In this document: positions 55,280 to 63,421 of the stretch, in pieces | Layout of the letters: each line of letters begins with the position of its first letter | How positions within the stretch are numbered: the first letter of the stretch is position 1 | Source: Candidatus Obscuribacterales bacterium | GTDB lineage: Bacteria > Cyanobacteriota > Vampirovibrionia > Obscuribacterales > Obscuribacteraceae | Assembly (NCBI GenBank): GCA_020050835.1 | Contig: JAGVKB010000063.1 | Location: 1 to 63,421 of the forward strand | Length of the DNA stretch: 63,421 nucleotides | Direction of reading: 5' to 3' | The notes under the pieces: generated by a model | The model's database searches: none | What the model saw: only the letters and a program-made list of their open reading frames with translations | Told to the model about the DNA's origin: nothing | Position numbers and translations under genes: made by a program

Positions 55280-56341
55280 CTATTCATTGGCGGAGAGAAT
55301 TGATTCGAGCTCCTTTCGTCTGCTCTTGGCCAGCTCGATCTGTTGCTTGAGTCGTAGCGTTGCTTCCTGAAGCTCCTTTTGCTGCACCGAAATCGTCATG
55401 AGTCTATCGCCGTGGCTCTTATAGTCAGGATTTGAGTAATAGAGCTGGGAGCTACCAGACGTCTGATTGTTGTTTGCCGGTGTCTCCAGGTCGCTGTTTA
55501 CTCTCTCCAATTCACCCATTACTTCCACGTGTTCGCCAATCTCCTTGTTTAGTGGAGCCAGTCGATGCTCAAGGTCTGCCAGCTGTGACCCAGCTGTTGA
55601 AAGGAATCTTTGAACCGTTTCGAGCTCTTGCTTGATCTTGCCGCGCTTCTCCAGCAGCGCCTCCCTTTGGCGTTGTTCCTGACGTTGCAGAAAACTGGCG
55701 TAGAAGGTTCCAGCCGGAGCATGAGTGTGTTTGCGATCGGTTGTCATCGGCACGATCGGCGGTCGCTCGAGCAGGATGCTGTCGATCTCTGGTGCGTACT
55801 TTTCTGGCGACGAGCCGGCGCCTTGTGGTTGCTGCGAGCTGGTTGCAGCAGGCCAATCTGGGCGAGCATTAGCAGGCTCGACCGGTCTTTCCAGCGGTTC
55901 TGCTCTCTGCCTGGAGGTTGCGCCGGTAGCGATCTTGAAGTAGACGCCTACCGTGACAAGGCTGCATGCTGCCAATCCTAGCGTTACCAGAGATTGCTTC
56001 GAGAGGGAAGAGGATCGATAAACTCCGTCCGCTCTTGCTTGTTGGTTCGAAGGTGTAGATGGTTGCGCACTGCCAGCGGAGGTAATCGGCCGGCAGGCGC
56101 AAGGGCCGTTCTGTCTGTGCTCCTTTTGAAAATGTTGTTTGAGGAGATCGCGGGCGGAATTTATTCTCTTGAGCTCATCTTCTGCTTTGCTCTTCTGCTT
56201 TTCTCCTTCGAATCGATCTGGATGCCAAGCCATGATCAGGTCTCGGTGTCTCTGTTGAACGTCAGTCCATGGTGCACCAGGCTCCAGTCCAAGAGCAATA
56301 TAGGACTGGTACAGAGCACTGGCGGCAGGCATTTTGCTCAA
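55280..56341 (-). CDS. J-domain protein with a central TM helix and a C-terminal coiled coil.
   Basis: N-terminal J domain (YQSYIALGLEPGAPWTDVQQRHRDLIMAWHPDR...ELKRINSARDLL) with an HPD motif. TM helix LVTLGLAACSLVTVGVYF. C-terminal heptad region. Confidence 0.6.
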   Translation of the reverse strand: MSKMPAASALYQSYIALGLEPGAPWTDVQQRHRDLIMAWHPDRFEGEKQKSKAEDELKRINSARDLLKQHFQKEHRQNGPCACRPITSAGSAQPSTPSNQQARADGVYRSSSLSKQSLVTLGLAACSLVTVGVYFKIATGATSRQRAEPLERPVEPANARPDWPAATSSQQPQGAGSSPEKYAPEIDSILLERPPIVPMTTDRKHTHAPAGTFYASFLQRQEQRQREALLEKRGKIKQELETVQRFLSTAGSQLADLEHRLAPLNKEIGEHVEVMGELERVNSDLETPANNNQTSGSSQLYYSNPDYKSHGDRLMTISVQQKELQEATLRLKQQIELAKSRRKELESILSANE

Positions 56342-56553
56342 TCGTTGACACTCGACAAAGGGTGGACGATAAATTGATTATATGGGTTGCACGAGCAGCT
56401 TTGTAGCCGAGCTTCAGTAGCAATGTCTTGGAGACAGGGTTTGTTCTGTCAAGGTCTCAGTCTGGACAGGCGTCGATGGGGTCGAGGCAGCCGCGGCAGT
56501 AGATTTCCACTTGTATGTCAAGGCAGCAAGCCGGTGTTCTTGGGCGATGGCCA

Positions 56554-57501
56554 CTACAAGCAAGAGCTGGAATCGTCGTTGCTGCACCAATCCAGACAAG
56601 AGGCCTTACCAAATCGTCTGTCCAGGTAATCTTTCAGTCCAAGCAACTCAGCCTTGAGTTGCAGCTTGCCATGCGTTCCCCGCATCGGCAGTACGACCGC
56701 GTGTCGCACAAGATGACCGGCAATGTTGATCAATCCTGGAATGAGCGCTGCACCACGTGTGTACTTCGCGAAGAATAAGAGTCGGTTGCGCGTGTAGTAA
56801 TAGGCGCGCCAGTAAGTGCGGCTGCCTTCCGTAGAGCCTCCGCCGGCATGCTCCACTTTGGCATCCGGAACAAACAGGCAAGTCCAGCCATGTTGACGCA
56901 TGCGCCAGCACAACTCAGTATCTTCGAAGTAGAGGAAGTAATCATCATTGAACGATCCGGACTGCCTCAAGGCCTCTGCTCTCAAGAGAAGGTTGCTACC
57001 TGAAACCCAGTCGCAATCAATAAACTCAGCGCCTGCTTCGGCAGACCTTCTAAGGAAAGTCTTGGAACGAAGAAAGTCAATCTCGCCGGCGCCGGAAGCG
57101 ACGTATTGATCGCCGGTTCCAGTCATGACCATTGCGCCAAGCACACCGGCCTTCTTGTTCTCCTGAGCGACTTTCATCAAGCGAGCCAGGCTGTCATGGC
57201 CGACTTTGGTATCGTTATTCAAAAGCCAGATCCAATCTGCCTCCTGCTCCAGACAATAATTAATTCCGGCGTTGCAGCCTCCGGAAAAACCAAGATTGCG
57301 ACCGGTTTCCAGTAAGCTCACTTCCGGGAATTGTCGAGCGATATCTGCCCCCGAGTTGTCCGGAGAGCCATTGTCGACCAGAAGCACCTTGTGATTCAGA
57401 TCGGTCAATGTCCGAAGTGAAGCCAGGCATGCTCGCGTGTAATGACTGCCCAGCCAGTGCAGAACTACTATCCAGACGGTGCTCTTGGATTGTTCTGTCA
57501 C
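56554..57501 (-). CDS. Family-2 glycosyltransferase.
   Basis: GT2 motifs VDNGSPDNS and YFEDTELCWR (DxD region). Length 315 aa. Confidence 0.75.
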   Translation of the reverse strand: MTEQSKSTVWIVVLHWLGSHYTRACLASLRTLTDLNHKVLLVDNGSPDNSGADIARQFPEVSLLETGRNLGFSGGCNAGINYCLEQEADWIWLLNNDTKVGHDSLARLMKVAQENKKAGVLGAMVMTGTGDQYVASGAGEIDFLRSKTFLRRSAEAGAEFIDCDWVSGSNLLLRAEALRQSGSFNDDYFLYFEDTELCWRMRQHGWTCLFVPDAKVEHAGGGSTEGSRTYWRAYYYTRNRLLFFAKYTRGAALIPGLINIAGHLVRHAVVLPMRGTHGKLQLKAELLGLKDYLDRRFGKASCLDWCSNDDSSSCL

Positions 57502-57679
57502 CGGTTGCCTCCCGACTCAAAGTTGGACTTAGTCAGGACAAGGTCTCCGGAGGTGACTGTCCGATAACCGAGTAAGAGATTAGCACTTATTTTGCGAAGT
57601 ATCACTTGATTTCCTTGGCGGGGCTGCCGTCCTTGCTAGCGGCTTGATAATATTAAAAGGTCTCGCGTGAGGTTTCCTG

Positions 57680-58174
57680 ATGGACGAGCCTGTTATTAAA
57701 AAAACCGACGACTCCGGTGTTATTGGAGCGTCATCGGCTTCCGAAAGTTCATCAGTGCCACCCAAGAGAGGGGGGCTCAACAACTTCTTTCTCGCGATCA
57801 ACCATATTAATCAGGCTTCGTTAGCTGATTCGGTCAAGCAGCGCTTTTCCGACTATGTAACTGTCGGTCTAGTATGCGTCTGTATTCTCAGTCTCGTGGC
57901 GGCTGTAATGCTGCCGGTTCCTCCAGCCCTGCGCCTGTTGCCTTTGATTTTCACGGTCGGGGCGATTATCTTCTTCATTGTTAACCGGCTCGGCATCATC
58001 CTGGCTCTCACGCAGCGTCAAGCGCTGTTGGTCTGGCAAATCATGATCGCATCATTTTGGCTTGGCGTAACAAGCTCGATGCTCGTGATCTTAGTAATGT
58101 TGTCTTGTCTCTACCAGGTTGCGCCAACCAATCAGTTACAGTCAGCCCCACCGAGCGATGCGGCCCTTAAGTAA
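57680..58174 (+). CDS. Hypothetical membrane protein (4 TM helices).
   Basis: 164-aa hydrophobic ORF whose 3' end overlaps the start of the SBP gene. Confidence 0.4.
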   Translation: MDEPVIKKTDDSGVIGASSASESSSVPPKRGGLNNFFLAINHINQASLADSVKQRFSDYVTVGLVCVCILSLVAAVMLPVPPALRLLPLIFTVGAIIFFIVNRLGIILALTQRQALLVWQIMIASFWLGVTSSMLVILVMLSCLYQVAPTNQLQSAPPSDAALK

Positions 58175-59756
58175 CTTTGGATCAGTGTTTCGACCTTTGA
58201 CCCTTGTTTTGGTGATCGTCTTGTTTGCCGGTGGATACCTGCCGGTAAGTTCGGAGATATTACCTGACAAGCTCAAGCAGATTACCTTTGGGATGGGTTG
58301 GGAGCCGGTCAGCTTTTATCCGCTGCGTGCTCTGGACTCCGCGTCTTACTATGGACAGACTTTGGTGTATGAAGGATTGGTCGGCTACGATCAGCGGTTG
58401 AGAATTGTGCCTGCTCTTTCTGAGAGCTTCTCTGTTTCTGCCGATCAGCTTGAATACCGGTTTAAGTTGCGCTCCGGAGCGCGCTTTGGCGACGGACAAG
58501 CAGTGACCATAAAAGATGTCGTCGATTCGGTGAAGCTTGCCATGGCACCGACTTCTCCTTATCGTGCTGATTACCTGGATATTGAGAAAATCGAGGTGAA
58601 AGATAGACAGACGATCGTTCTTCACCTGGGGCAGCCGTGTGCTCCCCTGCTGAGCCGTCTGGTGGAGTTGAGAATACTTCCAGCACGGTTGCTTGGACTG
58701 CCAGACGGTGGACGAAATGAGTTGGCTCGTCATCCGATTGGCAGTGGACCATTTCGTTTGAGGAGTTGGGAATCAGGTTCGGAGCTGGTATTTGAACCGA
58801 ATCCCTTTTACTGGGGCAGCCATCCAACCTATGATCGACTGGTTTGGAAAATCGTTCCTGATCATAGCCTGCTTGCCGTTGCGCTCAAGAACGGTGAGCT
58901 GGATGTTGTTCAATGCGAGGCTGTCGACTGGTCCGACTTTCTGTCCAAACAGAAAGGCAACTCTCTGCTTTTAGACCGGTTTCCCGGCTCGCGAACAGTT
59001 TTTTTAGGATTCAATCTCGGCCAGCAGCAGTTCGGGGATAACGCTTTGAGACAAGCGCTCAGTATGGCGATCGACAGAGAAGCGATCGTTAACGGGCTTT
59101 ACTCTGGATATGCCACTATCGCTGGTGGTGATTTTGCTTCGAGCAGTTGGGCTTACAACAGCGGTATCAGACAATGGCCATTTGATCTTCGAGAAGCTCG
59201 CAAAAAGTTGCTGGAGGCAGGCTTTCAAGCGATCGACGGGCGGTGGCGTCGCCGGAGCACGGGTGAATTGCTGGCTTTTAGCATTGCGACTGTAAAGGAG
59301 TATCAGAGCATTGCAGAATGTGTCGCGACCGATCTGCACAAACTGGGTATTTCAGCGGAAGTTCAATTGGTGGAATTCACTACACTGCGGCAGCAATATC
59401 TGAAAAAGGGACAGTTTCAAACAGCGGTCTGGAGTCGTTCGGTCGGACCTGAGCCGGACTGCTATTTGGCCTGGCACAGCCGCGGACCGCTGAATTTCTA
59501 TAAGTACTCCAACCCGAAGGTCGATTGCCTATTAGAGGAGGGAAGGCGGACAGGCGATCAGTTGCAAAGGAGGCAAATTTATTGGGAGATTCAAAAGTTG
59601 CTTTCAGAGGAGCTGCCCTGGCTATTTCTTGTTCACCCTGACCTGCTGCTTGCTCACGATCAGAGCGTGACCAACCTGAAGCTGCCAGGACAAAATAGCA
59701 GCGGGTTGCCTTGGGACAATCCCTTATTCAATGCTGCTCGCTGGACGAAACGATAG
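58158..59756 (+). CDS. ABC transporter substrate-binding protein, family 5 (peptide/nickel, DppA/OppA-like), with no partner permease or ATPase genes adjacent.
   Basis: Signal peptide (MRPLSNFGSVFRPLTLVLVIVLFAGG). SBP_bac_5-like core (LVYEGLVGYDQRLRIVPALSESF...RFGDGQAVTIKDVV). Confidence 0.75.
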   Translation: MRPLSNFGSVFRPLTLVLVIVLFAGGYLPVSSEILPDKLKQITFGMGWEPVSFYPLRALDSASYYGQTLVYEGLVGYDQRLRIVPALSESFSVSADQLEYRFKLRSGARFGDGQAVTIKDVVDSVKLAMAPTSPYRADYLDIEKIEVKDRQTIVLHLGQPCAPLLSRLVELRILPARLLGLPDGGRNELARHPIGSGPFRLRSWESGSELVFEPNPFYWGSHPTYDRLVWKIVPDHSLLAVALKNGELDVVQCEAVDWSDFLSKQKGNSLLLDRFPGSRTVFLGFNLGQQQFGDNALRQALSMAIDREAIVNGLYSGYATIAGGDFASSSWAYNSGIRQWPFDLREARKKLLEAGFQAIDGRWRRRSTGELLAFSIATVKEYQSIAECVATDLHKLGISAEVQLVEFTTLRQQYLKKGQFQTAVWSRSVGPEPDCYLAWHSRGPLNFYKYSNPKVDCLLEEGRRTGDQLQRRQIYWEIQKLLSEELPWLFLVHPDLLLAHDQSVTNLKLPGQNSSGLPWDNPLFNAARWTKR

Positions 59757-59873
59757 CTCGAACAAAAACCGCCTTCCGATCGGCGACGATCCAAAAGGCG
59801 GTTTGAACCAAACAAGACCTCACCGCCAGCTTGTGACGGTTATATACAACAACTTAGTTGCTGATGATCCTGT

Positions 59874-60104
59874 TTAGAGTGGCTTGGCGCTCGGGCCTGT
59901 GCCATCACACAACGGCTTATCGCCCAGATGCTCGTGATACCAACGCAACGCCTTTGCATAACGATGGACGGCTTGTCTTCTTGCACTCGGAATCGAGTAT
60001 GCAGGCGGAGTCAGGTGGAAGTAACGTCCTTCGTCTCCGCAAGCCTGGGCGAATGCCGGGGAACTAATCGACAGCGCTGCAAGGGCCAGTAGTAACTTTT
60101 TCAT
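59874..60104 (-). CDS. Small secreted hypothetical protein (about 76 aa).
   Basis: Start chosen at MKKLLLALAALSISSPAFA (signal peptide); the longer ORF begins at 60173. Confidence 0.35.
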   Translation of the reverse strand: MKKLLLALAALSISSPAFAQACGDEGRYFHLTPPAYSIPSARRQAVHRYAKALRWYHEHLGDKPLCDGTGPSAKPL

Positions 60105-60392
60105 GGACCGTCCTCTCCTTTTCGTGGACTTGCTCCAGCTCATAAATCTTCGAGCGATTAGACAATCGTCCAATCCAGCTCACAGCTATTGTACTACTTC
60201 AAAATGGAGCAAAGTATTGTCAAGACTGGTTCATATGGGCGAACACATGATGGAATCCGGCTTACGATGCCTTAACAGTCGCGGCTGTAAGATTTAATCC
60301 AGCCAGGAGGTAGCCCAGTAAAGGGGTTTTCAAGTAGAATTTTGAGGCGGCCATAACGTCGTCGCAGCAAGGCCGATCGAGAATTAACCGTC

Positions 60393-60947
60393 TTGGCAAA
60401 AGGACACAAAAACTCTAAATCACCCGCCAAACTCCCATCAATGCCTGGTGATTGTCGCGAGGCTATGCAGTGGTTTGTAAGCAATTTTGGGCTCTATAGC
60501 GGATCCATCCGCGGACTTTTTTTATCGGACTTTACAGAGGAGCACGAAGCAAGTCTCGAAGCTTCGATTATCAGTCTGAAGTCTCGGGGCTTCAGCCCGC
60601 TTGTCATCACCGGTGAAATGCTGAACAAGCAAGCCGAGTATCTTTACGATCAGGCTCTGGCTGGTACGACCTTTGGTCGTCCAGTTGCGACCAGGGCGGA
60701 GATTGACATCGTCGGCGCGGATCTTCTGATCTTAGAAGGGATAGTCGCGCCGGAGAATGCGATGCAACTCTGGTACCTTCAAAACCAGATCATTTATCCA
60801 AGAGCGCTGTCCGGAAAGGCGACAGTGATAACCACGCCGCTCAGCTATGAAGAGTTCTCACGCTACGGCGGGAGCTGTCAAGACGGCGATTTTGCCGGTC
60901 GGCCGATCACCTGGGAAAAGGTGATGTGGTTGATAGAAGCCCCATGA
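60393..60947 (+). CDS. Hypothetical protein, translationally coupled to the downstream helicase gene (ATGA overlap).
   Basis: 184-aa ORF whose TGA stop overlaps the ATG of the next gene at 60944. Contains ADLLILEGIV, a Walker-B-like hhhhDE/LEG stretch, but no P-loop. Confidence 0.45.
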   Translation: MAKGHKNSKSPAKLPSMPGDCREAMQWFVSNFGLYSGSIRGLFLSDFTEEHEASLEASIISLKSRGFSPLVITGEMLNKQAEYLYDQALAGTTFGRPVATRAEIDIVGADLLILEGIVAPENAMQLWYLQNQIIYPRALSGKATVITTPLSYEEFSRYGGSCQDGDFAGRPITWEKVMWLIEAP

Positions 60948-63421
60948 TCAATCTGGATCTGTTCAGGCACGCTCGTGATGAAGGCTTGCCGCCGATGCTG
61001 AAGCCGGAGTTCTATCTGCACAAGGCGCTGAAAGAACGTGGTTTGAACATCGTCGCTCAGCATGTGCTTGGTGACTACTTACTCGATCTCGCCCTGGTCG
61101 GCAAAGATCAAAGATTGAATATTGAGTGCGACGGGCTGTCTACGATTGGAGGCCATGAACGACAGGCGGAGGAAGCGAAACGCAATCTCTTGCTGCTCAC
61201 CGACGGCTGGCAGATTCTCCGATTCACCAGCGCTGAAATTCTGAGCAATCCTGCTGCCTGCGCCGATGTTGTAGAGGAAGTGTGGCGTACTGGACGCAAG
61301 AAACATCAGATCGGTCGATTATTGACTGGGCAAAGAGTCGACGCTATTCCGGAACTGCCGTTTGATGACGAAGGACAGCAAGCTGCCATTGCTCATGGTG
61401 GCGGACCTGGAGCTTTGATTGGTGGTGCCGGTACCGGCAAAACCACCTGCATTGTTGACCGTGTGGCTTACCTAATCTGCCAGGGTGTGAATCCGGACAG
61501 CATTTTGATCCTTTCGAACTCAATCGACACCGTGAAAACGATCAAAGCAGGCTTGGATCAAATACTCGATAAACAGACAAATCTGAGGGTGCAGGTATAT
61601 GCCTGGCATGATTTCGGATTCAAAATCTTGAAAGAGAATCTGGCTGCGATCAAGCGAAAGGCGCCACTGAAGGTGGAATCAAACCCGCAAAAGGTTCTTC
61701 AAAGAATTCTCGAAAAGCATAAGAAGGATCTCGACCCGGCGACGTTGGAGCTCTCATCTGGGCTCGACGAGTTTACCGTTTCAACTGTAATCAATATCTA
61801 CAAGTCTAACCTGGTCACGGCCAAGCAAGTCAAAGATCAGACCAAAGATGAAATCGGCCAGCTAATCGCTAAGGTTTTTCAGGCTTATGATGAGCAGCTT
61901 CAACGATCTAACCGGATTGACAGAGAAGATATGGTCACTCTGGCGGTTCAAGTCTTGCTCGATCGACAAGAGATACGAACCCGGTATCAATATAGTTTCG
62001 AATTTGTACTGGTAGACGAGTATCAGGATGTTACTCCGGCTGAAGACGCATTGGTAAGACTGCTTGCTGCGCCGCAAGACAATTTGTATCTGGTCGGCGA
62101 TGAAGATGAGGCCATATACGAAAGCAAAGGCGCGACCCCGAAATTACTTATGGACGTGTCTCTGCGCTGGCCGCAAGCAAGATGTTATGTGCTCGAGAAG
62201 AACTGGCGTTCGCATCCGGCTATTGTCGATCATGCTCGACAGTTGATCTCCGGTATCACAAGCAGGCATATCCATAAAGAAATGGTCTCCGCCCTTCCTT
62301 CTGATACCGCTGGTGCGATCAGCGGTCCAATCCGACTGGCAAGCGAGCAGGCAGAAGCTGAATGGTTGGCAGAAGAGATCATGCTTTTGGTCGATAGCGG
62401 TCGCAAACTGCGAGATATTGCCGTTCTGTATCGTTACCATCACTACGGGCCGATCGTTGAAGAAAGTCTGGCCAGGCGGGGAATCAGATGCATGGCTTCA
62501 CATCCTGAAGCCGGCTTGATTCCCGATGAAGTTGAGGATATGCTCGCATTTCTCCGGTTGGTGATGGATCCAGACGGTCCAAAGGCTAAAGAATCGTTTG
62601 AGCGGGCCTGCCAACTACGCATCAAGGAGATCGATGCAAAGTTATGGTCGACGATCGGAAGCTTTGCTGAAGCTAATAATCTGTCCTTCCTCAAAGCAGT
62701 GGAAATCTATTCGGAAGCCACCGCCGATCAAGCTTGCAAAGATCTCGTTCAGCTCGTCCGGCTGATTCGCACGATGAAAAACGAGGGGCTGCCCCCGGCG
62801 GAGACAATTTCTCTTTTGAGAAGAACTCAGCGGCTTACTGAGTACTATCGAGGCATGAGCGTTCCGCCTGGAGTAGTATACGAACCGCTGCGCAAGCTGA
62901 ACCAGCTTGAAGAAGATGCGAGGAAATTTCAGTCAATCACTGAGTTTGTTAAGCACTTAACGTCATTGCGGCAGCACGGCACAGGATCTTCAGATCCCGG
63001 TGTGCATGTTCTAACGCTGCACGAAGCAAAGGGTTTGGAGTTTCAAGTCGTCTTCATGATTGGAATGGCGGAGGGGTTGTTCCCTGCCGAAAATGCAGGC
63101 AACATGGATGAAGAGCGTAAGTTGTGTTATTTAGGGTTCACGCGAGCGAAGGACCTTCTGTACCTCTCGTATCCAGCGCAGTTCAATGAAGTGCCGCTTC
63201 AGCCTTCTTCATTTCTGGTTGAGGCACGCTTGCTGCATGCACCACCGCCGGTGCAAGTACAAGCGCCGCCGCCGGCACCAAGAGTAGCGGCTCAAGCACC
63301 GGCACAACCGCCGGCTCCAACCCAAGTGCCACCGACCCAGCCGCCGGTGCCGGTACAAGTGCCGCCGCCGGCAGCGCCAAGAGTAGCAGCTCAAGCACCG
63401 GTACCACCGCCGGCTCCAACC
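60944..63421 (+). CDS. UvrD/Rep/PcrA-type superfamily-1 helicase with an N-terminal DUF559 (Vsr/PD-(D/E)xK-like endonuclease-fold) domain and a Pro-rich repetitive C-terminal region. 3' end truncated by the window.
   Basis: The ORF is open from the ATG at 60944 to the last base of the window (826 codons). It is not in the supplied ORF track because it has no stop. DUF559-like region ...LDLALVGKDQRLNIECDG...TDGWQILRF. Helicase motifs GGAGTGKTT (I), VLVDEYQD (II), LEKNWRS (III-like), LHEAKGLEFQVVFMIG (VI). Confidence 0.8.
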   Translation, partial: MINLDLFRHARDEGLPPMLKPEFYLHKALKERGLNIVAQHVLGDYLLDLALVGKDQRLNIECDGLSTIGGHERQAEEAKRNLLLLTDGWQILRFTSAEILSNPAACADVVEEVWRTGRKKHQIGRLLTGQRVDAIPELPFDDEGQQAAIAHGGGPGALIGGAGTGKTTCIVDRVAYLICQGVNPDSILILSNSIDTVKTIKAGLDQILDKQTNLRVQVYAWHDFGFKILKENLAAIKRKAPLKVESNPQKVLQRILEKHKKDLDPATLELSSGLDEFTVSTVINIYKSNLVTAKQVKDQTKDEIGQLIAKVFQAYDEQLQRSNRIDREDMVTLAVQVLLDRQEIRTRYQYSFEFVLVDEYQDVTPAEDALVRLLAAPQDNLYLVGDEDEAIYESKGATPKLLMDVSLRWPQARCYVLEKNWRSHPAIVDHARQLISGITSRHIHKEMVSALPSDTAGAISGPIRLASEQAEAEWLAEEIMLLVDSGRKLRDIAVLYRYHHYGPIVEESLARRGIRCMASHPEAGLIPDEVEDMLAFLRLVMDPDGPKAKESFERACQLRIKEIDAKLWSTIGSFAEANNLSFLKAVEIYSEATADQACKDLVQLVRLIRTMKNEGLPPAETISLLRRTQRLTEYYRGMSVPPGVVYEPLRKLNQLEEDARKFQSITEFVKHLTSLRQHGTGSSDPGVHVLTLHEAKGLEFQVVFMIGMAEGLFPAENAGNMDEERKLCYLGFTRAKDLLYLSYPAQFNEVPLQPSSFLVEARLLHAPPPVQVQAPPPAPRVAAQAPAQPPAPTQVPPTQPPVPVQVPPPAAPRVAAQAPVPPPAPT
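63230..63421 (+). repeat. Tandem repeat of about 93 bp, at least two copies and cut by the window end, encoding the Pro/Ala/Gln/Val-rich units PPVQVQAPPPAPRVAAQAPAQPPAPTQ / PPVPVQVPPPAAPRVAAQAPVPPPAPT.
   Basis: The two units are near-identical at the DNA level (ccgccggtgc[a/c][a/g]gtacaagcgccgccgccggc...agagtagc[g/a]gctcaagcaccgg...ccgccggctccaacc). Confidence 0.6.

Noticed and set aside
60393-60947. 184-aa protein as a DnaC/IstB-like AAA+ helicase loader.
   Set aside because: It has a Walker-B-like ADLLILEG stretch but no Walker A P-loop anywhere, so I could not support an ATPase call.
1-63421. CRISPR arrays, rRNA genes, IS elements or transposases.
   Set aside because: I found no short direct-repeat/spacer arrays, no rRNA-like conserved stretches and no transposase-like translations (DDE or HUH motifs) in any frame. 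The only tandem repeat seen is the 93-bp coding repeat at the 3' end.

Overview
This is a 63.4-kb, visibly GC-rich bacterial chromosomal segment that contains the replication-origin gene neighbourhood: dnaA and dnaN on the minus strand, diverging from rpmH-rnpA-yidD-yidC-jag on the plus strand, with a tRNA-Asp just downstream of dnaN. Around this core are genes I can assign: a serpin, a CorC/HlyC-family transporter, an HDAC-fold deacetylase, aminopeptidase N, a FadE-like acyl-CoA dehydrogenase, an FMN-binding glutamate-synthase-like protein, RimI, an EamA transporter, two paralogous Kef-type CPA2 antiporters, a GT2 glycosyltransferase, a peptide-type ABC substrate-binding protein, and a 3'-truncated UvrD-like helicase. 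There are also many proteins with no recognisable family. I saw no rRNA, CRISPR array or transposase.

The most unusual parts are:
- A minus-strand cassette at 9.8-15.1 kb: small TPR-like protein, nitroreductase-fold protein, PaaK/F390-synthetase-like adenylating enzyme, unknown coiled-coil protein, then an MFS exporter.
- A minus-strand cluster at 24.3-29.6 kb: Cys-rich zinc-ribbon/coiled-coil protein, class-V PLP-fold protein, a 735-aa His/Cys-rich protein with a single HExxH, and a secreted protein.
- A flotillin/SPFH protein whose N-terminal SPFH segment is repeated four times.
- A mosaic accessory patch at 15.6-20 kb: orphan Dam methylase, two HEAT-repeat proteins, a KdpB P-type-ATPase fragment with its own RBS, a 21-bp-armed palindrome, and a tyrosine recombinase with substituted catalytic histidines.
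- A DUF559-nuclease::UvrD helicase fusion, translationally coupled to an unknown gene and ending in Pro-rich tandem repeats.

No similarity search could be run. Every family assignment rests on motifs I read directly in the six-frame translations.
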